A stretch of DNA of 32,453 bases from Chloroflexota bacterium. GTDB taxonomy: Bacteria > Chloroflexota > Anaerolineae > Anaerolineales > Villigracilaceae. The notes below the pieces were generated by a model, which ran no database searches, was not told the origin of the DNA, and saw only the letters and a list, made by a program, of their open reading frames with translations. Both the position numbers and the translations under genes were made by a program. Below are positions 1-7,379 of this stretch, one piece after another (the first letter of the stretch is position 1; the number at the start of each line of letters is the position of its first letter). Where the stretch lies: positions 1-32,453 of the forward strand of contig JBFYSG010000003.1 in the NCBI GenBank assembly GCA_041301835.1, read 5' to 3'.

Positions 1-1379
1 CGACCTTCACCGTGCTCGCACTCACCAGCCCGGATGCCTCCCTGGATGTCAACCCGCTCTTCGACGGCGGCTCCAACATCAACCTGCTGGTTGGCTCCGA
101 CACGCTTGCCGTCGGCGAGGAAGGACACCTGCGCCTGACCATCCGGCTCGTGCCCGCCTCCAGCGGTCCGTTCTACAACTCCGCCACCGCCACGGGCATC
201 AGCCCCACCAACGTCACCGTCACCGATGTCTCGCAGGACGGGCTCGATCCCGATCCCGGCGGCGATGGCGACCCGACCAACAACAACGAGCCGACGCCCG
301 TCGCTTTCACCTCCAACCTGTTCGATCCCCCCTTCGGGATCAAGATCTTCAACGATGACGGTCTGCCCCTGCTCCAGTGGACCATGATCTGGATCAACAA
401 CACCAACATCACCGCCGTCAGTGCCTCGGTCAGCGACCCCATCCCGGCAGGCACCACCTATGCCATGGTGGGCGCCTCCAGCGGGTATGATGTCCCGCTC
501 ACCGCACCGCCAGGCTCCACCAACATCGGCGTAACCTGCACCGATTCATCCACCTCCACCACCACGACGCTGTGCTACTATGAGGTACCCACCCTCGCCT
601 ACCCGCTCGGACGCATCATCTGGTCCGGCACGCTCGGTCCCGACCTCGGCATCACCGACCCCGATATCGCCCTCAACGACCTAAACATCACCTTCTCGGT
701 CACGGTCGGCTCCGGCGTGCGCCAGGCGTACAACCTGGCAACCATCAGCTCGGACCTCAATGGGGATGGCGATAACACTGACCCGGATGAGCAGAACGTC
801 GCCTCGGCAGACTCAACCTGGAACGCCGCCTCGGTCACCCTACTGCCACAGACCGGCTTCGCACCCGGCATGCTCACCAGCCTGCCGCCGCGCAACTCCG
901 CCACAACTTACGCCAGCCTGGGCTCGCTCTGGCTCGAGATCCCGCGCCTCGGCGTCCCGATGCCCATCGTCGGCGTCCCGGTCCTGAACGGCAAATGGGA
1001 TGTCGCCTGGCTCGGCAACAATGCCGGCTGGCTGAACGGCACCGCCTACCCCGCCACCCCCGGCAACACCGTCATCACCGGGCATGTCTACCTGCCCAAC
1101 GGCAAACCCGGTCCCTTCGTCAACCTGAAGGGATTGCGCTGGGGCGACCAGATCATCCTGCACATCGACGGCTTTGCCTACACCTACGAGGTGCGTTCGA
1201 CCGCCATTGTCGATCCTGATGACCTCTCCGCCCTGCGCCACGAGGAACTGCCCTGGATAACGCTCATCACCTGCCAGGACTACCAGGTGGCTGACAATTC
1301 CTACGCCCACCGCACCGTGGTGCGCGCCGTGCTCACCGGTGTACGCCCAGACATCTCCGAGCCGACCGGAACACGCTAA
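1..1379 (+). CDS. Surface-repeat protein (DUF11-like repeats) with an internal LPQTG motif and a C-terminal sortase (cysteine transpeptidase) domain; 5' end cut by the window edge
   Basis: The frame is open to nt 3 with no in-frame stop before the listed GTG at 12, so the gene probably starts upstream. The N-terminal part has Asp/Pro/Thr-rich segments ('DGLDPDPGGDGDPTNNNEPTPV', 'VSDPIPAGTTY') typical of DUF11/conserved-repeat surface proteins. LPQTG is encoded at 843-857. The C-terminal part carries the sortase catalytic signature: 'VITGH' (His codon 1083-1085), 'TLITC' (Cys codon 1272-1274) and 'HRTVVRA' (Arg). Confidence 0.85.
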   Translation, partial: TFTVLALTSPDASLDVNPLFDGGSNINLLVGSDTLAVGEEGHLRLTIRLVPASSGPFYNSATATGISPTNVTVTDVSQDGLDPDPGGDGDPTNNNEPTPVAFTSNLFDPPFGIKIFNDDGLPLLQWTMIWINNTNITAVSASVSDPIPAGTTYAMVGASSGYDVPLTAPPGSTNIGVTCTDSSTSTTTTLCYYEVPTLAYPLGRIIWSGTLGPDLGITDPDIALNDLNITFSVTVGSGVRQAYNLATISSDLNGDGDNTDPDEQNVASADSTWNAASVTLLPQTGFAPGMLTSLPPRNSATTYASLGSLWLEIPRLGVPMPIVGVPVLNGKWDVAWLGNNAGWLNGTAYPATPGNTVITGHVYLPNGKPGPFVNLKGLRWGDQIILHIDGFAYTYEVRSTAIVDPDDLSALRHEELPWITLITCQDYQVADNSYAHRTVVRAVLTGVRPDISEPTGTR

Positions 1380-1396
1380 GTTCCCAGATCATCCCA

Positions 1397-1432
1397 ACAG
1401 GCGGCAGATCCTTGCCGCCTGTTCGATCTTCT
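1397..1432 (+). terminator. Intrinsic terminator after the sortase-domain gene
   Basis: Perfect 10-bp stem: acaggcggca (1397-1406) pairs with tgccgcctgt (1413-1422). The loop is gatcct, followed by the T-rich tract tcgatcttctt. Confidence 0.5.
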
Positions 1433-1459
1433 TAAGTCCAGGGGGTTGTACAATTAAGA

Positions 1460-1465
1460 TATAAT
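1460..1465 (+). promoter_or_regulatory. Candidate -10 box (TATAAT) for the tRNA-Ser gene
   Basis: A consensus TATAAT lies 14 nt upstream of tRNA position 1 in an AT-rich patch. I found no convincing -35 at 17 +/- 1 nt. Confidence 0.3.
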
Positions 1466-1479
1466 TGCGTCCGCTGTCC

Positions 1480-1569
<90 letters not shown>

Positions 1570-1571
1570 CA

Positions 1572-1604
1572 CAGGGATGCTGTTGAAGCATCCCTGTTTT
1601 GTTT
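1572..1604 (+). terminator. Intrinsic terminator after tRNA-Ser
   Basis: Perfect 9-bp stem: cagggatgc (1572-1580) pairs with gcatccctg (1588-1596). It is followed by TTTTGTTT. Confidence 0.8.
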
Positions 1605-1621
1605 CATGGTAAGATTGCCGC

Positions 1622-2473
1622 ATGCGCCTCACGATTGCCCTCGCCCAGATCAACACCATACTGGGAGACCTGCGCGCCAACCTGGAAAAACACCTGGTCT
1701 TCATCGAGGATGCCCGCCGTTCCGGCGCTGACCTGGTGCTCTTCCCCGAACTCTCGCTCACAGGTTATGTCCTGCAGGACCTCGTCCCAGCGGTCGCCAC
1801 ACTGACCGAAGCGGATGACCCCATCTTCAAAGCCCTGCTTAAAGCCAGCCGCGGCATCGACATGGTCGTGGGTTTCGTCGATGAAGACGCCCGCCATCGA
1901 TTCCATATCGCCTCCGCCTACCTCTCCAGGGGGGAAGTGGTCCACATCCATCACAAGGTGTACCTGCCCACCTACGGTCTGTTTGACGAAGGGCGTTTCT
2001 TCGCCCCGGGTAATTCGGTACGCGCCTTCGATACCCGCTTTGGACGCTGCGGCATGCTGATCTGCGAGGACTTCTGGCATGTCAGCCCGCCCTACCTGCT
2101 GTGGCAGGACGGCGCTGACCTACTGCTCTTCTCCTCCGCCTCGCCGGGGCGCGGGCTGGCGGAAGTATCCAAGTTGGAATCCTCCGCCTGGGTGGAGCAT
2201 ACCAACCGGGCATACGCCGGTCTGTTCACTACCTTCGTCGCCCATGCCAACCGCACCGGCTTCGAGGATGGTTTGAATTTCTGGGGCGGTTCCACCGTCT
2301 ACGACCCGGATGGGAAACTGCTCGTCCAGGCTCCGTATTTCGAGGAAGCACTGACCCTGTGCGACATGGACATGAACCAGTTGCACCGCACGCGCGCCAG
2401 GCTGCCCCTGCTGCGTGATGAAAACCCCGCCCTGGTGCAGCGTGAGTTGAAAAGGATGCAGCATGGAAATTAA
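1622..2473 (+). CDS. Carbon-nitrogen hydrolase (nitrilase superfamily); probable glutaminase subunit of NAD+ synthetase
   Basis: The Glu-Lys-Cys triad context is present: 'LFPELSLTGY', 'HHKVYLPTY' and 'GMLICEDFWH'. The gene overlaps the downstream nadE by 11 nt. Confidence 0.85.
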   Translation: MRLTIALAQINTILGDLRANLEKHLVFIEDARRSGADLVLFPELSLTGYVLQDLVPAVATLTEADDPIFKALLKASRGIDMVVGFVDEDARHRFHIASAYLSRGEVVHIHHKVYLPTYGLFDEGRFFAPGNSVRAFDTRFGRCGMLICEDFWHVSPPYLLWQDGADLLLFSSASPGRGLAEVSKLESSAWVEHTNRAYAGLFTTFVAHANRTGFEDGLNFWGGSTVYDPDGKLLVQAPYFEEALTLCDMDMNQLHRTRARLPLLRDENPALVQRELKRMQHGN

Positions 2474-3287
2474 CCTTTCCATTGACACCGGGCTCGTCCG
2501 GAAGGTGCTGGTCGAATTCATCCACAGCGAGATCACCCGCGCCGGGTTCACGCGCGCCGTGGTCAACCTTTCAGGCGGATTGGATTCCTCGGTCTCCTGC
2601 GCGCTGGCGGTTGAAGCGCTGGGCGCCGGGAACGTGCTTGCCCTGCGCCTGCCCTATGCCACCTCTGCCCGCGATTCCCTCGACCATGCCCAACTGCTCA
2701 TCGACCAGCTGGGGATCGAGGCGCGCACCTTCCCGATCACAGAAATGGCGGATGGGCTCATCGCGCTGGAAGCAGGCATGTCGCGCGTACGGCAGGGGAA
2801 CATCATGGCACGCCTGCGCATGATCGTGGCGTACGACCAATCCGAAGCCTTCAAGGGGCTGGTCGTTGGCACCGGCAACAAGACCGAGATCCTGCTCGGG
2901 TACACCACCCTGTATGGCGATTCCGCCTGCGCGCTGAACCCGATCGGTGACCTGTACAAGACGCAGGTGCGCCAACTGGCACGCGCCCTGACCATCCCCG
3001 AAGCGATCATCGCCAAGCCGCCCACTGCCGACCTGTGGGCAGGTCAGACCGACGAAGGCGAACTCGGTTTCACCTACGCCGAGGTGGATAAACTGCTTTA
3101 CCTGCTGGTGGATCAGCGCTACAAGCCCGAAGAATGCGTCGAAGCAGGATTTTCCGAAGCCTTCGTCCGGGCGGTCGTTGAACGCATCCGCAGGAACCAG
3201 TTCAAACGCATCCTGCCTCCGGTTGCCAAGTTATCCAACCGCACCGTGGGCTATGATTTTCTTTACCTGCGCGACTGGGGCACCTAG
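2463..3287 (+). CDS. nadE: NAD+ synthetase (ATP-pyrophosphatase domain)
   Basis: It has the 'SGGLDSS' PP-loop motif and 'GTGNKTEILLGYTTLYGD', both typical of NadE. Its start overlaps the stop of the C-N hydrolase gene. Confidence 0.9.
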   Translation: MEINLSIDTGLVRKVLVEFIHSEITRAGFTRAVVNLSGGLDSSVSCALAVEALGAGNVLALRLPYATSARDSLDHAQLLIDQLGIEARTFPITEMADGLIALEAGMSRVRQGNIMARLRMIVAYDQSEAFKGLVVGTGNKTEILLGYTTLYGDSACALNPIGDLYKTQVRQLARALTIPEAIIAKPPTADLWAGQTDEGELGFTYAEVDKLLYLLVDQRYKPEECVEAGFSEAFVRAVVERIRRNQFKRILPPVAKLSNRTVGYDFLYLRDWGT

Positions 3288-3330
3288 ACCGGCACACCCC
3301 CTGCAATAAAAATACAGCAGCTGAACATCG

Positions 3331-4632
3331 ATGCCTCTCCACGTTCCCGCCGCCCTGCACAACCGCCGCTACCTTGCCCTCTGGCTGGGTTTGCTCATCT
3401 CCATCTCCGGTTCACAGATGCAGGTTGCCGCATTGCACTGGCACATCCGCGTCCTGACCGGTGAACCGGATCCGCTTGCGCTGGGGGGTATCGGGCTGGC
3501 GCGCATCCTGCCGGTCATCATCTTCTCGTTCATCGCCGGTCCGATGGCAGACACCTTCAACCGGCGCCGCATCCTGTTCATCACCCAGAGCGCGCTCACC
3601 CTGATCGCGCTGGCGCTTGCCCTGCTCACTTATACCGGTCACATCACCATCTGGTGGATCTACGCCCTGACCGCCGTCCAAGCTTCTGCCGTGGCATTCG
3701 ACGGACCATCCCGGCAGGCGATGATCCCCAACATCGTTGCCGCCCAGGACCTGCCGAGCGCCTTCAGCCTGTCTTCGATCGCCATGAACACCGGCTCGAT
3801 CGTGGGTCCGGCCCTGTCCGGGCTGGTCATCGCCACGCTCGGTCTGGAATATGTCTATTTCTTCAACGCCGTCTCCTTCCTGGCTGTGATCGCCGCCCTG
3901 GTCGTCATCGGGCGGGTGCAGCAGGATACCCGCCAGAAACCCGGCATCAACCTGGGCGCCGCCCGCGAGGGCATCCGGTTCATCTTCTCCAAGCCCATCC
4001 TGTTCTCCACCATGCTGATGGATTTCATCGCCACGTTCTTCGCCTCCGCCAAGACGATGATGCCCATCATCGCCCGCGACATCCTCAAAGTCAATGAGAT
4101 CGGGTACGGCTGGCTCTCGGCGGCGGAATCGATCGGCTCGGTGGCTTCCGGGGTGGTCATCTCGCAGATCCGTGTCCTGCGCCGGCAGGGGCGCACCTTC
4201 CTGTCAGCCGTTGCCGTGTTCGGACTGGCAACGATCCTGTTCGGGTGCGCCTATTGGATCGGTCCGCAGGTCGTGCTATTCAGCCTGCCGGGATTCGCCC
4301 TTTCACTCTCCTTCCTGGTTGCCTTCCTTGCCCTGGTCCTCGGCGGCGCCGCCGATGCGGTCAGCACCATCATCCGCAACACCATCCGCCAGTTGAACAC
4401 GCCCGACCATATGCGCGGGCGCATGGTCTCCATCAACCAGGTCTTCTTCCAGGGCGGACCGCAACTGGGTGAGGTGGAGGCTGGCGTTGTTGCCAGCCTC
4501 TTCGGGGTCCCCTTTGCCATCATCAGCGGCGGGGTCGGATGCATCCTCGGAATGGTTTTCATTCTTTTCAAGTGGCCCCAACTGCGCCACTACAACGGGG
4601 ATGAGCACCTGTCGCAGCCTGCCCCGGGATGA
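3331..4632 (+). CDS. MFS transporter (EntS/MFS_3-like, about 12 TM segments)
   Basis: The protein is hydrophobic with multiple TM segments. N-terminal 'RRYLALWLGLLIS', 'GPMADTFNRRRIL' and the overall layout are typical of this MFS subfamily. Confidence 0.8.
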   Translation: MPLHVPAALHNRRYLALWLGLLISISGSQMQVAALHWHIRVLTGEPDPLALGGIGLARILPVIIFSFIAGPMADTFNRRRILFITQSALTLIALALALLTYTGHITIWWIYALTAVQASAVAFDGPSRQAMIPNIVAAQDLPSAFSLSSIAMNTGSIVGPALSGLVIATLGLEYVYFFNAVSFLAVIAALVVIGRVQQDTRQKPGINLGAAREGIRFIFSKPILFSTMLMDFIATFFASAKTMMPIIARDILKVNEIGYGWLSAAESIGSVASGVVISQIRVLRRQGRTFLSAVAVFGLATILFGCAYWIGPQVVLFSLPGFALSLSFLVAFLALVLGGAADAVSTIIRNTIRQLNTPDHMRGRMVSINQVFFQGGPQLGEVEAGVVASLFGVPFAIISGGVGCILGMVFILFKWPQLRHYNGDEHLSQPAPG

Positions 4633-4681
4633 GGCTCGCCTGCGCTTCCCCGACGATTGCCCTACAGTTTTGATATCTTGG

Positions 4682-4710
4682 TTGACTTTCGCTCCGATAT
4701 CCACTATACT
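4682..4710 (+). promoter_or_regulatory. Near-consensus sigma70-type promoter (TTGACT, 17-nt spacer, TATACT)
   Basis: The -35 TTGACT is at 4682-4687, the spacer is exactly 17 nt, and the -10 TATACT is at 4705-4710. It sits in an AT-rich intergenic patch of a GC-rich genome. Confidence 0.6.
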
Positions 4711-4716
4711 GGATTT

Positions 4717-4794
4717 GGATCTACCGCCTATGCGATTCTTCAGTCTCATATCCAAACTCTGAGAAAAGCACGCCTTGGTTGCGCGTGCTTTTTG
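4717..4794 (+). ncRNA. Candidate ~75-80 nt small RNA or attenuator leader (promoter to intrinsic terminator), containing a 10-codon uORF at 4730-4762
   Basis: The predicted TSS lies about 7 nt after the -10 box. The transcript would run into the terminator at 4764-4794. The uORF is atg cga ttc ttc agt ctc ata tcc aaa ctc tga (MRFFSLISKL) and ends 1 nt before the terminator stem. A possible long-range stem joins tttggat (4714-4720) and atccaaa (4750-4756). Confidence 0.3.
4764..4794 (+). terminator. Intrinsic terminator, hairpin usable on both strands
   Basis: The stem aaaagcacgc (4764-4773) pairs with gcgtgctttt (4783-4792), with GC core gcacgc/gcgtgc, followed by a T-run. It lies 131 nt after the MFS stop and 25 nt before the SWIM gene ATG. 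Confidence 0.7.
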
Positions 4795-4818
4795 TATTAA
4801 TCTGACAAGGAGAAGCCC

Positions 4819-5055
4819 ATGGACTCAGGAATGATCGGCAAGATTCAAAAAGCCAAACAGTACGCCCAGGAACGCAATCGCTTTCATATTGACACCCTGA
4901 AGGTAAACATTAACGGAGAGAACAACACCCACACAGCGAAGTTGGAAGATGGCAAGTGGCAATGTGACTGTGATTATTTCAAGGGACATTCCATTTGCAC
5001 CCACACCATGGCGCTCGAGGAACTGCTCAAGGGGATGTTGGTGCTGGCGGAATGA
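4819..5055 (+). CDS. Small standalone SWIM zinc-finger protein (78 aa)
   Basis: It carries the CxCxnCxH signature 'WQCDCDYFKGHSICTHTMAL'. A good SD (AAGGAG) lies 7 nt upstream of the ATG. By my hand count GC is about 49%, clearly below the flanks. Confidence 0.75.
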   Translation: MDSGMIGKIQKAKQYAQERNRFHIDTLKVNINGENNTHTAKLEDGKWQCDCDYFKGHSICTHTMALEELLKGMLVLAE

Positions 5056-5073
5056 CCCGGTGCAAGCCTGCCT

Positions 5074-5108
5074 GCCTCCGGCCGCAAGAGACCGGAGGCT
5101 TTTTCTTT
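5074..5108 (+). terminator. Intrinsic terminator after the SWIM gene
   Basis: Perfect 8-bp stem: gcctccgg (5074-5081) pairs with ccggaggc (5092-5099). It is followed by TTTTTCTTT. Confidence 0.75.
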
Positions 5109-5118
5109 GGTAAAATTC

Positions 5119-6147
5119 ATGCCTATGACCTCCCTTTCCCGTCGTGATTTCCTCAAACTGGGCGGGCTGGCACTTTCCAGCCTGGCATTCAACGGCTACC
5201 TGCCGGATTTCAACGAATTCGAGGACATTGACCTGGTGCGCGTGGCGACCACCTCCGTCAGCGTCTATCAACAACCCACGGACGAGAGTCCCATCGTTGC
5301 CACCTGGGGGCGCGATGCGCTGGTCAATGTGTATGAAACGGTCGACTCGGGCACCCCGGATTACAATCCCATCTGGTACCGGGTCTTTGGCGGGTATATG
5401 CACCGTGCCCGCCTGCAAAAAGTACGCTTCCATGCCAATGTGCCGCTGGAGACCATCCCCGACACCAAGCTGCTCGGCGAGGTGACCGTCCCGTATGCCC
5501 AACCATATCGCTACGATCAATACCAGGGCTGGGTGGCAGTCCTCTTCCGCCTGTACTACAGCACCATCCACTGGATCACCGGCGTGGAGGCGGGTCCGGA
5601 CGGCAAAGCCTGGTACCGCCTGCTGGATGAAGCCGATGAGAGCATCTACTATGTACCCGCCGTGCAGATGCGCGCCATCCCCACGGGGGAGCTCGATCTC
5701 ATCACGCCCGAGGTTGAGAACAAGCGCATCGATGTCAACCTGACCAACCAGAGCCTTGCCTGCTTTGAGGCGGATACCCAGGTATTCAGCACTTCCATCT
5801 CCAGCGGGGTGCGTTACCAGTTCGATACTCCTGCCGGGCAGTTCAATATCATGGTCAAACTGCCCTCGCGCCGCATGAGCGCCGCCGACCGCGCCGCCAG
5901 CGATGACCAGAACGTCCTCGCCGGAGTGCCGTGGTGCGCTTTCTTCACCGGTGAAGGGCATGCCTTCCACGGCACATACTGGCACGATGATTTTGGCATC
6001 CCGCACTCCCACGGCTGCATTAATATGAAGAATGAAGACGCACTCTGGCTATTCCGCTGGAGCCGCCCGACCGCCTCCTTCGAGGAGATCGACAAGTTGA
6101 CCCTGGACCGCAAGGGTTACGGCACCCGGGTGGATATCCATTATTGA
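5119..6147 (+). CDS. L,D-transpeptidase (YkuD domain) with a twin-arginine signal peptide
   Basis: The Tat motif 'SRRDFLKLGG' is followed by a hydrophobic stretch. The C-terminal YkuD catalytic motif is 'HAFHGTYWHDDFGIPHSHGCINM'. The track starts at TTG 5107, and I prefer ATG 5119. ATG 5125 is also possible because TGGTAAAAT at 5108-5116 could be an extended -10. Confidence 0.85.
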   Translation: MPMTSLSRRDFLKLGGLALSSLAFNGYLPDFNEFEDIDLVRVATTSVSVYQQPTDESPIVATWGRDALVNVYETVDSGTPDYNPIWYRVFGGYMHRARLQKVRFHANVPLETIPDTKLLGEVTVPYAQPYRYDQYQGWVAVLFRLYYSTIHWITGVEAGPDGKAWYRLLDEADESIYYVPAVQMRAIPTGELDLITPEVENKRIDVNLTNQSLACFEADTQVFSTSISSGVRYQFDTPAGQFNIMVKLPSRRMSAADRAASDDQNVLAGVPWCAFFTGEGHAFHGTYWHDDFGIPHSHGCINMKNEDALWLFRWSRPTASFEEIDKLTLDRKGYGTRVDIHY

Positions 6148-6148
6148 T

Positions 6149-7378
6149 ATGCCGACCCTCACCTGGTCCACCAAGGAATTCCCGCCCCCCCAGCCTGCCA
6201 GGCTGACCCTGGATGCGATCATCCACCCGCAAGGCGCCGGTTACCCGCATGGCGCGGCGGAGAGCAGCATCCACCTGGGAGACAACCTGGGTGTCATGAC
6301 TGCCCTCCTGCCGGACTACGCCGGGAAGGTGGACCTGATCTACGCCGACCCGCCCTTCTTCACCAACAAGCGCTTCCCTGCCCGCATCGGTCGCGGCGAG
6401 GATTCACGCCGCCCGGCGGACTGGTTGTTGACCGAAGGCTATACCGACAACTGGAAGGATCTGGACGCTTACCTGGATTTCCTCTACCCGCGCCTGGTGC
6501 TGATGCACCGCCTGCTATCCCCGCAGGGATGCCTGTACCTGCACCTGGACTGGCATGCCAGCGCCTGTGCCCGCCTGCTGCTGGACGAGATCTTCGGGCG
6601 CGAGCGCCTGATCAATGAGATCGTCTGGGTCTATCATGGTCCCTCCCCCATCCGGCGCGCTTTCAACCGCAAGCACGACACCATCCTGAGTTACGCCAAG
6701 GGGGAGGGTTATATCTTCAATCCCGACGCAGTGCGCGCGCCGTACAACGCCAGCACCATTAAAACCTTTGCATCCTCGCCGCGGGCAGGGTTTGGCAAGG
6801 TACCCGACCTGGCGCGCGGCAAAGTCCCCGAAGATTGGTGGTATTTCCCCGTGGTCGCCCGCCTGCATAATGAGCGCAGCGGCTATCCCACCCAGAAGCC
6901 GGAAGCCCTGCTGGAGCGCATCCTGCTGGCTTCCTCCGACCCCAACAGCCTGGTCGCGGATTTCTTTTGCGGGTCCGGCACTTTCCCGCTCGTTGCCGCC
7001 CGTAACGGCAGGCGTTTCCTGGCATGCGATGCCACCTGGCGGGCAGTGCACACCAGCCTCAGCCGCCTGGGAGAAACCGCGCAGGCGCCTTTCGCCCTGT
7101 ACCGCAACGGTGACCTGCCCCCGGCGCGTGTACCACCGGAACTGGGCTTCAGCCTGGCAGCGGATGGCACCCAGCTGCACCTGCATCCCGCCAGCCTGCC
7201 GCTGGACCACTGGGAAGTGGACCCCGCCTGGGATGGCAAGGTCTTCCGCAGCGCCGCCCAGGCACGCCGGCAAAACCGCACCAACGTCATACCCCTGGAA
7301 ATCAAACTGCCCGTTGCTGGGACCAGGGTCCGCATCCGGGCAGTCACGGTGCAGGGGGAACGGCTGGAAACGGGATGA
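6149..7378 (+). CDS. Beta-class DNA methyltransferase (N6-adenine/N4-cytosine family, DPPF type), apparently orphan
   Basis: Motif IV 'LIYADPPFF' precedes motif I 'ADFFCGSGT', which is the beta-class order. A roughly 100-aa C-terminal extension has no family I recognise. The ATG lies 1 nt after the stop of the L,D-transpeptidase gene. Confidence 0.85.
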   Translation: MPTLTWSTKEFPPPQPARLTLDAIIHPQGAGYPHGAAESSIHLGDNLGVMTALLPDYAGKVDLIYADPPFFTNKRFPARIGRGEDSRRPADWLLTEGYTDNWKDLDAYLDFLYPRLVLMHRLLSPQGCLYLHLDWHASACARLLLDEIFGRERLINEIVWVYHGPSPIRRAFNRKHDTILSYAKGEGYIFNPDAVRAPYNASTIKTFASSPRAGFGKVPDLARGKVPEDWWYFPVVARLHNERSGYPTQKPEALLERILLASSDPNSLVADFFCGSGTFPLVAARNGRRFLACDATWRAVHTSLSRLGETAQAPFALYRNGDLPPARVPPELGFSLAADGTQLHLHPASLPLDHWEVDPAWDGKVFRSAAQARRQNRTNVIPLEIKLPVAGTRVRIRAVTVQGERLETG

Positions 7379-7379
7379 A

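Noticed and set aside
4730-4762. The 10-codon ORF MRFFSLISKL as an independent protein-coding gene
   Set aside because: It has no Shine-Dalgarno and is too short to evaluate as a protein gene. I retained it only as a possible regulatory uORF within the leader/sRNA hypothesis.
4825-6012. 395-aa ORF on the minus strand
   Set aside because: It lies antisense to the SWIM and L,D-transpeptidase genes, both of which have clear catalytic or zinc motifs. It would also run through two plus-strand terminators.
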